64,000 nucleotides of DNA from Thermodesulfobacteriota bacterium (GTDB taxonomy: Bacteria; Desulfobacterota; Binatia; Bin18), in assembly GCA_964291405.2 (NCBI GenBank), contig OZ219926.1:4160001-4224000 (forward strand), read 5' to 3'. Positions 47,737 through 56,520 of this stretch are shown piece by piece; within the stretch, counting starts at the first letter, position 1, and each line of letters begins with the position of its first letter. The position numbers and the translations under genes are program-made. The notes below the pieces were generated by a model, which saw nothing but the letters and a program-made list of their open reading frames with translations, had not been told where the DNA came from and made no database searches.

Positions 47737-48153
47737 TTGAGAATTCTTTTGACGATTCTGGTCAGCTGCGCCCTGACCGGATGCGTGAGTCGTCCGACAA
47801 AACCTCTGGTTTTGACCGAACAGGTGGGGGCGCTTCCCATCGAATTCACGACGACAAATTGTAAGATTCCTATTCTTGATTCTCCTCCCGCGTTAGCCCA
47901 TGAAGTGATCGCCCGCGTGAAAACGTACGGCAATCAAGGTACGGGCATGGAAGCCATGCAGACGGCCCTGCACCGTGAGGCGTGTGCGATAGGGGCGGAG
48001 GCCATTGTCCTGCAACGGATGAAAGCCGGAGAATTCCAGGACGAAATAACGGTAGCCCATGTCGGGGCGAGTACCGCCCGAGACTACCGAAGCCGGTCAG
48101 ACTACGAATTTCAATTGGTTGGTTTGGCCATTCGATATACACAAAAAAACTGA
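47737..48153 (+). CDS. Hypothetical lipoprotein
   Basis: Lipobox LTGC; EACAIGAEAIV. Confidence 0.65.
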   Translation: MRILLTILVSCALTGCVSRPTKPLVLTEQVGALPIEFTTTNCKIPILDSPPALAHEVIARVKTYGNQGTGMEAMQTALHREACAIGAEAIVLQRMKAGEFQDEITVAHVGASTARDYRSRSDYEFQLVGLAIRYTQKN

Positions 48154-48286
48154 ACTGTTATGCTGGCGAAGTAGCCCTTGAGGGGTCACTTGACAGTTCT
48201 GTCCGTACTTCATAGATAAGGGAGCTTAGCCTCGGAGTCTTACGAGCGACAACACTGTCCCCCGCATCAGTTAAGGAGAGAATATC

Positions 48287-49522
48287 TTGAAAAGACAAAT
48301 ACGTTTGGTGTGGCGTCACACGGCTTGGAGCGTTCTGGTCGCCGCCCTCTTTACGCTGTCAGCCTGTATTGAAGCAGCCGACGAAGAGGTGCTGCGTGAA
48401 CTCAACGAAATGGGAGCGTCCAGAGGAAATGTGTTCCCTGACCGCGAAGACTACTATGACGCCTTTGTCCTTGACGCGAACAATGCGTGGGTCTCTGGCG
48501 GACGGGGGCTTATCCTGCATGTGACCAATAACGGGCAGGATTTTACCATGCTGGAGACCGGGGTCCAAAAGGCAATCTATGAGGTTGATTTTGCGACCGC
48601 CGAGGACGGGGTGGCCGTTGGGCAGGATGGCATAGTCCTCAAGACTGACGACGGCGGACAGACCTGGACTCGCATTCCTATCGAATTACCGCTGCTGGAC
48701 TGGCAGGTAGCCCAGCCCCACTATTTTGCGGTCAGCCGTGGTGCGGACGCCCAACATATATGGGCCGTCGGTCCGGTGGGCGCCATTATCCGTTCACAAG
48801 ACGGTGGAGAGACCTGGGAGAATCTCTCGCTGTGGTGCGATATGAGCTTCGATAATTTTGCAACGTCGGACCCCGCGGATGATCCCGAATCAACCCTGCG
48901 GCTGAATCCGTGCGATGTGACGCTGAACGGGGTGTCCTTCCCCACGAATACGGACGGGTGGGTCGCGGGCGAATTTGGGGTTATTTTGCGCACCCAGGAT
49001 GGTGGCGTCACCTGGCAGCGGCAACGCGATGTGCACAACCTGCCGAAATATACTCGCCCGGAACTCCCTGAAGAGGAAGCGATCCGACAGCGTATTCCCC
49101 CTCTCTATATTGAAGACCTTTTCCTGATTGATGTGGATTTTCGTAGCGCCCAGGAGGGGTATGTCACCGGGGAGAGTGGCACGTTATTACAAACGACAGA
49201 TGCGGGGGAAACGTGGACAAACATTCCCAGTGGGAGCTTTAATACGCTCCTGTCCGTCACCGCCGCTCCGGATAACAACCGCGGTGACTTTGCCACGGGC
49301 GTGCTCGGCACGCTTGCCTCAGCCACAAGTGACGCATGGCAGCTTGACGAGAATGTCCGCCAGGATGTGCTGACGTGGATCCGCACGGCGTCTTTTGCTC
49401 CTGATGGGCAGTTTGGCGTTGCGTGCGGAGGGAAGGGCACGGTCCTGGTCACTACCGATAGTGGCAAGAGCTGGACTACCGCGGACAAGGCAAAGCTGTA
49501 TGCCGCGAACCCGTCTCTCTAA
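48287..49522 (+). CDS. YCF48-related BNR/beta-propeller lipoprotein
   Basis: Lipobox LSAC; repeated (T/S)xD(G/A/S)GxxW BNR motifs; AAGGAG RBS with TTG start. Confidence 0.88.
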   Translation: MKRQIRLVWRHTAWSVLVAALFTLSACIEAADEEVLRELNEMGASRGNVFPDREDYYDAFVLDANNAWVSGGRGLILHVTNNGQDFTMLETGVQKAIYEVDFATAEDGVAVGQDGIVLKTDDGGQTWTRIPIELPLLDWQVAQPHYFAVSRGADAQHIWAVGPVGAIIRSQDGGETWENLSLWCDMSFDNFATSDPADDPESTLRLNPCDVTLNGVSFPTNTDGWVAGEFGVILRTQDGGVTWQRQRDVHNLPKYTRPELPEEEAIRQRIPPLYIEDLFLIDVDFRSAQEGYVTGESGTLLQTTDAGETWTNIPSGSFNTLLSVTAAPDNNRGDFATGVLGTLASATSDAWQLDENVRQDVLTWIRTASFAPDGQFGVACGGKGTVLVTTDSGKSWTTADKAKLYAANPSL

Positions 49523-49620
49523 CGCATTCGCTCAACGGCGCTGTCATGACTGACATATCTCTAAACAGAACATATTACCTACACACTACTACGCTCCTGC
49601 TCGCGTAAGGAGGAATTAAG

Positions 49621-52044
49621 ATGGCCCATACCCCCCCAGGTCACAAAAAAGGCACCGCCGACCGTATCATTGAAGCCTATCTGGCAGTTCTCTGGCGACA
49701 CCGTCTTGCGTATATGGTCGCCTTGGCGATCGCGACTGTCCTCTGGGGCTATCAAGCCCGTAAGGTCGAAATGTACAGCCAGTTTGCCGACCTCCTGCCC
49801 CAGGGCCACGACTACATCCAAGCCTACAACCAGCATCGGCCGACCTTTGGTGGGGCCAATATTGTGACGGCGGTCCTCCAGGTAGAGGAAGGGGATATTT
49901 TCACCAAAGAAAGTCTGGAAAAGGTTCGTTACCTCACGGATCAACTCGACCAGATTACCGGTGTGGACCATAACCAGGTGGCTTCGCTCTCCCACGTCAA
50001 AATCCGCAATATCAAGACCTTGCCGGGCGGCATGGTGCGTTCATACCCGGTGCTTCCCGTTGATGTGCCGGACGACCCCAATGAGCTCAGCGCGCTGAAA
50101 TTCGAGATGTTCAATAACGATATCGTTATGAACAAATACGTCTCAGAGGACGGCAAAGCCGCGCTCGTTCTTGCCGGATTTAACGAAGACCGGCTGGATT
50201 ACCGGGAAATTCAACGCGAGATCACGCGTATCCGGAGTGAAATAGAAGACGACAACACAAAAGTGTACGTCGCTGGCGAGCCGGCGCTCAAAGGCTGGGT
50301 CTGGTTTTTCACCGGCGAGCTGTTCATGATCTTCACCTTCACCGGAATAATGGTCTTTCTTGCGCTGATTATCTATTTCCGGCGAGCTTACGGGGTGCTC
50401 GTCCCGTTGATTGGCGCGGCCATCCAGACCGTGTGGGGTCTGGGCTGGGTTGGCTGGTGGGGTTTTAACCTTGATCCGCTCATCCTGGTGATTCCGCTGC
50501 TGATCACGGCCCGCTCGGTCAGCCACGCGGTGCAGATGATTGAGCGCTATTTCGAAGAACTCGAGGTCTCGCAAGACCAGGAGAAAGCGGCGTTTACCTG
50601 TCTGAGCGACTTGTTTCTACCAGGCGTGACGGGTGTCATCAGCGACTCCGGTGGGATTCTCGTCCTGTCCGTGGCCACTATCCCGCTGATCGAGAAGCTC
50701 GCCTACTATGGCAGTTTCTGGGCATTTGCCAATATCTTCTGCATCACGCACACCATGCCCATCCTGCTGTCATATTTCCCAAGGCCAAAGCAAACAGAAC
50801 ATTTCATTCCGCGTTGGATGGAGGTCACGTTGATCACAGTCGGCAATATCGCCACCGGGCGGACCAGCCGCTGGGTGATTATGGTCGCCGCCGCGATAAC
50901 CATCTTCTTTGGCGTGCGGACCGCGATCACCGTACCGATTGGCGAGCAGGAGGCCGGCTCGCCGCTGCTGTGGCAGGATGCCCACTATAATGTGTCCGCC
51001 CGGACGATTAACGAGCGATTTGCTGGGGCCAACCAACTGGTGATCTACCTCGAAGGCGAGCGTGAGCATATCCTCAAGGAACCGCATGTGCTCGATACGC
51101 TTGAGGAAATGCGTCGCTATTTGTTGGAGCAGGAAGAGGCAGGCGATACGCGTGAGTTATATACCTTAGCCCGCGACCTCAATCGCCGCTATCATTACGG
51201 CGACCCACGCTGGCAGGTCATTCCGCCTGATAGATCGATCACCGGGAATTTGATTTTTGTGTATGAAGCCTCGGCTCCCATATCGGGTGTTATTCTTGAG
51301 TACACCGATATGGTCTACCAGAACGGCCAGTTTGTCGTGTTTTACAAGGACGTAAAGGGCGACACCGTCCGTGAGGCGATCGCCCGGGCGAAGAAGTTCA
51401 TGGCTGAGCATCCGATTGAGGCGGTGAGTCTGCGCTTGGCCGGCGGATTTATCGGAACGACGGCGGCCCTGAATGAGGAGATTGATCGCTCCGAGAAGCA
51501 GGCCGCCATGCTTGTCATTGCGACGGTTTACACCCTGGTCCTTTTGAGTTACGGTTCCATCATCGCGGCAACCCTGGTGATGCTCGCGCTGGTTGCCGCG
51601 GGGGTGGCCAGCTATATGTACGTCTCCTTTATGGGCATCGGCATTAACATCAACTCGCTGCCCGTGACCGCAGTGGGGATGGGTATTGGAGTGGACTACA
51701 TCTTGTACGTCGTTGATCGGATTCGACTCGAAGTCCCGCGGGCAGGAGGCGATTTGGTTGCCGGCATTAAACGCACGGTGTCAACAACGGGTATGGCTGT
51801 GACCTTTACCGCCACGACGATGATTGCCGGTGTGATTCCGTGGTATTTCATGTCGAGTTTGCGTTTCTCCGCGGAGATGGCCTTACTCTTGGCCATTCTG
51901 CTGGTGACACACTGGTTGTCGGCGCTGACCATGATCCCGGCCATGATTGCGATTGTGAAGCCGAGGTTTGTGGTTGGGGAGCCTGTGCAGGTTGAGGAAG
52001 AGCAGCCGGTGATGGCGGAGCCGAGCCCGCAACCAACGAGTTGA
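49621..52044 (+). CDS. MMPL/RND-family membrane transporter
   Basis: Two blocks of one plus five TM helices with large soluble loops; ARSVSHAVQ, GIGVDY. Confidence 0.9.
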   Translation: MAHTPPGHKKGTADRIIEAYLAVLWRHRLAYMVALAIATVLWGYQARKVEMYSQFADLLPQGHDYIQAYNQHRPTFGGANIVTAVLQVEEGDIFTKESLEKVRYLTDQLDQITGVDHNQVASLSHVKIRNIKTLPGGMVRSYPVLPVDVPDDPNELSALKFEMFNNDIVMNKYVSEDGKAALVLAGFNEDRLDYREIQREITRIRSEIEDDNTKVYVAGEPALKGWVWFFTGELFMIFTFTGIMVFLALIIYFRRAYGVLVPLIGAAIQTVWGLGWVGWWGFNLDPLILVIPLLITARSVSHAVQMIERYFEELEVSQDQEKAAFTCLSDLFLPGVTGVISDSGGILVLSVATIPLIEKLAYYGSFWAFANIFCITHTMPILLSYFPRPKQTEHFIPRWMEVTLITVGNIATGRTSRWVIMVAAAITIFFGVRTAITVPIGEQEAGSPLLWQDAHYNVSARTINERFAGANQLVIYLEGEREHILKEPHVLDTLEEMRRYLLEQEEAGDTRELYTLARDLNRRYHYGDPRWQVIPPDRSITGNLIFVYEASAPISGVILEYTDMVYQNGQFVVFYKDVKGDTVREAIARAKKFMAEHPIEAVSLRLAGGFIGTTAALNEEIDRSEKQAAMLVIATVYTLVLLSYGSIIAATLVMLALVAAGVASYMYVSFMGIGININSLPVTAVGMGIGVDYILYVVDRIRLEVPRAGGDLVAGIKRTVSTTGMAVTFTATTMIAGVIPWYFMSSLRFSAEMALLLAILLVTHWLSALTMIPAMIAIVKPRFVVGEPVQVEEEQPVMAEPSPQPTS

Positions 52045-52140
52045 TAAAAGTTTGAGGGATTATTGTGAAGAATGGCCCCTCCTGGGGGTAGTAAAGATTT
52101 TCCCTTCGTGAGGGCGAAGGGCAAGGAAGGAGGCCTCGTT

Positions 52141-54321
52141 ATGAAACGAGCAGGGAGAGGGAAGCTGACCGGTCTCTGGCTGGGGATAACAGCCATTGGA
52201 CTGAGTATGGCGCTCGCCATTCCATCTGCGGATGCGGCCGGGCGTAAAGATAGAGGATTTATGGATAGTTTCGAGAGAATGGCGATCCACGGCTATGTGG
52301 ATAATTTCTCCATTCTACGGAGCGATAACTTTAAAGACGACTATCATATCGCGTCGTCCCGCTACCGGGCCAGCGTGCAGTTGGCCGGTCCCCTGTACGT
52401 CATGCAGGACTACTTCCAGCGCTTCGAGTACTTCATCGAACTGCGGCCCGAGTACGAGTCGATCTACGACATAAGTCACAGGTTCGGAAACGGTCGAAAT
52501 GGTAAGGTCTCCGGGCGCTCTGGTAAGCCCAGTCCGAACAATGCGGCTTTTCTCCAAGCCTTCGGACTTGCCCCCCGCAACTATGGTGGGTTCTGGCCGA
52601 AGGAACCGAACGCGACCGGCGGCGGAAATATTGAGTTCTTGCACACCTTGACACCTGGCTCGACGTACGGCGTGCCCGGCCGCGATGTGGATTCGCGAAG
52701 CCGGGGGTACTATGGCCTGGACGCCAGCCAGAACGATCTGCGCTTCGGCATGCTGCGCGAGACCAATATGGACCTGTACTATCCCGTCCGCGAGGCGTAT
52801 TTGGACCTCTTCTGGAGGGGGTTGGGAGGCCGGAACTGGCTGCGTATCGGAAAACAGCAGCATGTGTGGGGGAAGGCCGACTTCTTCCGCCTGCAAGACA
52901 TCGTGAACCCGGTCAACTTCGGTGACCACTTCTTCATCGACCTGTTCGACGACACGCGCGTGCCGCTGTGGTCGGCCTTGTTCGAGCACCGCTTCGGCAA
53001 CATCGGTTTTCTGCGCGACGTGGCCGGTAGCGTGATCTATGTCTTCGACCGCCACACGCCGACCGGTCTCGGTCATCCGGCTCAGCCGTGGGCCACGGGC
53101 TTCGGTCGGACGATCGACGGGTTCGTGTTCGGGAACGATCTGTTCGCCACCGCCCTTTTTCCTGGCACGTCCGACCACTACGCCATGGCAGGCGAGGGCA
53201 GGCCGTGGCTGCCGTTCAAGAATATGGCGCTGTATAAAAACCGCGCCCCGCACTGGAACCTGAAGAACGGCGGTATCGGTATGCGCTGGGAAGCCACTGT
53301 CGGCAACCTGCGTGTCCAGGTCACCGACTACTTCGCGTTTCCCGACCTGCCGGTGACCGGATGGGACCGTATCAACGTTATCAACTCTCCGGGCTGCGCA
53401 ACGGATGGCAATGGGAACAGCATTCTGCCGGCCGACCGGAATGACGCGCCGATTACGGCGGAACAATTGGCCGGCGCAGACCACAAGTCATTTCATAAGG
53501 ACGGCGGCACGGTATACGGCGACAAACTCATCGGTGTCAAGCCGAAGCACATCAATATCCGTGAGGCTGGCATCTTCAAAGAGGGCGGAGCGGCATACGG
53601 CACCAAGGCGAAAAACCGCCATGCCAAATATGCCAACCTGTGCGGTTTCGGCGGCTCGCTGGCTGCCAGATATCGCAAGACGAACACCCTAGGTCTGTCG
53701 CTTGACTGGTTTGAGCCGTACACCGGCTTCGTTATTCGCTGGGAATCGTCCTGGACCACCAACGCGCTGTTGAACGACACGGCCAAGATCGACCTGATGG
53801 GCGACGGCAATGCCTTCAAGTGGGTGTTGGGGATCGACCGACCGACCCTGATTCGCTGGCTCAATCCAACGCGGAGCTTCTTCCTGAGCGCCCAGGCGTA
53901 CGGAACCCACTATCCCGACTCGCGGGCTGGCCGCCGCGGTATCGTGAGCGAGAACAACAACTTCATCTTTACCGTGTTCGCGCAGAACCACTTCATGCGT
54001 GACCAGTTGGTGTATCTGGTCTTTGGCGCGTTCGGCACCGCAGCCCAGGACGGCACGACCGGCGGCAATATCGAGTATCTGATCACCAACAACTGGTCGG
54101 TCACGCTCGGTTTCACCGCGTTTCTTGGCGCACGGCACCGCCACGACCTCGGCACGTTCGGGGTATTCAACGATGGCTCGTGCTATGGTGGCTTCGCTGG
54201 TCCAGGCTCCTGCCAGGGGCCATTTACGGAAGCTGGCTTCGGCCTGTTCCATATGCAGGCCGGTGGCTCGGAGCGGAACCAGATGAACGAATTCTGGGGT
54301 CGCCTGCGTTATCGGTTCTAG
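52141..54321 (+). CDS. DUF1302-like outer-membrane protein
   Basis: Signal peptide; REAYLD, LRIGKQQHVWGKADFFRLQDIVNP; terminal LRYRF beta-barrel signature. Confidence 0.8.
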   Translation: MKRAGRGKLTGLWLGITAIGLSMALAIPSADAAGRKDRGFMDSFERMAIHGYVDNFSILRSDNFKDDYHIASSRYRASVQLAGPLYVMQDYFQRFEYFIELRPEYESIYDISHRFGNGRNGKVSGRSGKPSPNNAAFLQAFGLAPRNYGGFWPKEPNATGGGNIEFLHTLTPGSTYGVPGRDVDSRSRGYYGLDASQNDLRFGMLRETNMDLYYPVREAYLDLFWRGLGGRNWLRIGKQQHVWGKADFFRLQDIVNPVNFGDHFFIDLFDDTRVPLWSALFEHRFGNIGFLRDVAGSVIYVFDRHTPTGLGHPAQPWATGFGRTIDGFVFGNDLFATALFPGTSDHYAMAGEGRPWLPFKNMALYKNRAPHWNLKNGGIGMRWEATVGNLRVQVTDYFAFPDLPVTGWDRINVINSPGCATDGNGNSILPADRNDAPITAEQLAGADHKSFHKDGGTVYGDKLIGVKPKHINIREAGIFKEGGAAYGTKAKNRHAKYANLCGFGGSLAARYRKTNTLGLSLDWFEPYTGFVIRWESSWTTNALLNDTAKIDLMGDGNAFKWVLGIDRPTLIRWLNPTRSFFLSAQAYGTHYPDSRAGRRGIVSENNNFIFTVFAQNHFMRDQLVYLVFGAFGTAAQDGTTGGNIEYLITNNWSVTLGFTAFLGARHRHDLGTFGVFNDGSCYGGFAGPGSCQGPFTEAGFGLFHMQAGGSERNQMNEFWGRLRYRF

Positions 54322-54420
54322 AGTGTAAGGGAGCGGTGCATACATCGCCCCCTTAGCACTGACTCTAATGGGTCGGTGAGGATTGAAACCAACAGTATAA
54401 AAATACCTGCTGAAGAATTA

Positions 54421-54441
54421 TTGACTTCCTAAAAAAGTCAA
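54421..54441. promoter_or_regulatory. Palindromic operator candidate TTGACTT-N7-AAGTCAA overlapping a -35-like TTGACT
   Basis: Perfect 7-bp inverted repeat in an AT-rich intergenic region 40 bp upstream of the DUF1329 start. Confidence 0.45.
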
Positions 54442-54481
54442 CTAAAAATAGAGCGGTAATTTTTCTTAATGAGGAGGATTT

Positions 54482-55924
54482 ATGAAACGACTTATAGCGT
54501 TTTCGTTTCTCGCGGCCTGCAGCCTGTTGTGGGCGCAGACCAGCGTACTGGCGCAGGGCGGTGACGCGACCACGTACACGCGCGATACATTCGAGCAATG
54601 GTTCAACGAGACCAAAGACGCCGAGCCGGAATTTAATCCCGGTGACACGTTGACGCACGCCGACCTGCCTAAGGTAAGGCCGTTCATGTTCCCCGGCTAT
54701 TTCGAGCAGTTCGAGAAGTGGAACGACGGTACGCTGCAAATGGAGGTGGCTGAAACCTATAACGTGACACCACACCAAGTTGTGCGGGACTGCGACGAGA
54801 AGTTCCAGAAGCAGGTCACGCTGGCCGCGGACGGCGCGCTCGAGAACTACATCTGCGGTTATCCGTTTTCGAACGAGGATATCCGGACCGAGACGGACAT
54901 GAGCATTGCCGGTCTCAAGGTGGCCTGGAACTACGACAAGCGCTTTTACTGGCGCGGCTACTTCGTTGCCAACGCGCTGAGCACGTGGCTGAGGTTCGGC
55001 GGCGAGCACGAGACTCCGGAGCCGACGAAACCACCCGATGCCTGGATTGGTGGTGAAATCGATATCGACACGGACTGGGACTACGATTTCGAGAAGATCT
55101 ACGGCGGCGGCGGCACCTACGAGCGTAGCCTTGGAACCTTCTATCACAAGGCCTATCACTCCCAGATGGCCATGTTTCCGGAAAACAACTACAACCTGCC
55201 CGAAAACGATGACGCCGGCACCGTGCACTGGAAAGAGTTCACCGGCTTCTTCGAGCCGTACGATGTGCGGGGCACCGCGTTCATCATCCAGCGCTATATC
55301 GACCCGCGCCGGACCGATGACGGCTGGGCCTACGTTCCGAGCTTGCGGCGCGTGCGGCGTATTTCGGCCGAGGTGAAGTCTGACTCGCTGATGGGCACCG
55401 AGCATACCCTGGAAGACTTCTACGGCTTCTCGGGCCGTCCGCTCGAGTGGGACTGGGTGTTCTGGGGTCCCAAGAAGTTCCTGACTGTGCACGCCCTGAC
55501 CAAATGGGAAGACGACGGCGTGCGCTACGGTGGGCCCGACGGCTGGCTCAACGACGACATCTGGCAGATCCGCGAGCTGTTCGTGGTGGAACGTATTCCG
55601 AAAGACCCGCGCCATCCGTACAAGAGCGCGATCATGGCGATTGACCCGCAAACCTGGGAGACCTGGAACCACATTGCTTTCGACCGTAAAGGGAAACTGT
55701 GGAAGTTGTGGCAGTGGGGCTACCAGTGGGCTGACGATTCCAAGAAGTATACGTACATGAACGCCAATCGTGGCGCGATTCACTGGCGGAACGTGGACAC
55801 GGTCGACATTCAGAACGGTCGCGGCAACCTGTGGCGCGAATACGCCGGTGGTCTGCCTGACTTTTCGATGGACTATATTAATGGCCTGTACGACCTTAAC
55901 CGTCTGACTGAGCTGCACCGCTAA
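54482..55924 (+). CDS. DUF1329-domain exported protein
   Basis: Signal peptide; LENYICGYPF, KVAWN, EPYDVRG, YVPSLRRVRRIS, KGKLWK. Confidence 0.88.
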   Translation: MKRLIAFSFLAACSLLWAQTSVLAQGGDATTYTRDTFEQWFNETKDAEPEFNPGDTLTHADLPKVRPFMFPGYFEQFEKWNDGTLQMEVAETYNVTPHQVVRDCDEKFQKQVTLAADGALENYICGYPFSNEDIRTETDMSIAGLKVAWNYDKRFYWRGYFVANALSTWLRFGGEHETPEPTKPPDAWIGGEIDIDTDWDYDFEKIYGGGGTYERSLGTFYHKAYHSQMAMFPENNYNLPENDDAGTVHWKEFTGFFEPYDVRGTAFIIQRYIDPRRTDDGWAYVPSLRRVRRISAEVKSDSLMGTEHTLEDFYGFSGRPLEWDWVFWGPKKFLTVHALTKWEDDGVRYGGPDGWLNDDIWQIRELFVVERIPKDPRHPYKSAIMAIDPQTWETWNHIAFDRKGKLWKLWQWGYQWADDSKKYTYMNANRGAIHWRNVDTVDIQNGRGNLWREYAGGLPDFSMDYINGLYDLNRLTELHR

Positions 55925-55944
55925 ACAGCCTCAGAAGACATCTC

Positions 55945-55974
55945 CAAGGGGGAGCAGATATCTGCTCCCCCTTG
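55945..55974. terminator. Perfect 30-bp palindrome, likely terminator
   Basis: CAAGGGGGAGCAGAT|ATCTGCTCCCCCTTG, 20 bp after the DUF1329 stop. Confidence 0.7.
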
Positions 55975-56001
55975 TCCTTTCGGGTTGCGAACGGTGAGAA
56001 C

Positions 56002-56490
56002 ATGGGCTTCAGCATGAAAAGCATCCTGACTATCGTTGTGAGCCTTGGCGTTCTGTGTGTCGCCGGTGATCTCCGGGCAGAAGGAGAGCCGCAACCAACG
56101 GCACCCAAAGCCACTGCGTATTACGGCTGGCTGGATAAATTTGAAAACCCGTCTCACCAACCGGCACCGACCCAGAAGAGTGATGCCCGCCCGCTGACTG
56201 AAAAAGGTCAGGCCGAACAGGCCGCGCAACACGACATCGCTTCAGTCAAGACACCCCCTTCGACAGAGGACGGAGGCGGTGCGGTTCCCGACGCTAGTGT
56301 CGAGGAGGAGACCGCCGCGCCAGGTGAGGGCCTGGGCTGCTATTACCACCGTGCCTACTATTCTCACCTCCCCATGTTTAAGGATGACGTCTATTCGCTA
56401 CGTGGCTCTTTTGACGTAGCGGAAACCTTTCATAAGCCATCCGAAGACGTCATTTCTGTGCCTCCTGATCAGGCGACGCAGACGGAATAG
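56002..56490 (+). CDS. Secreted, largely low-complexity protein carrying a DUF1329-like segment
   Basis: Signal peptide; LGCYYHRAYYSHLPMFKDDVYSL resembles a segment of the upstream DUF1329. Confidence 0.6.
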   Translation: MGFSMKSILTIVVSLGVLCVAGDLRAEGEPQPTAPKATAYYGWLDKFENPSHQPAPTQKSDARPLTEKGQAEQAAQHDIASVKTPPSTEDGGGAVPDASVEEETAAPGEGLGCYYHRAYYSHLPMFKDDVYSLRGSFDVAETFHKPSEDVISVPPDQATQTE

Positions 56491-56520
56491 TCTGTCTCGC
56501 AGGGTGATGAACCCTTCCTC

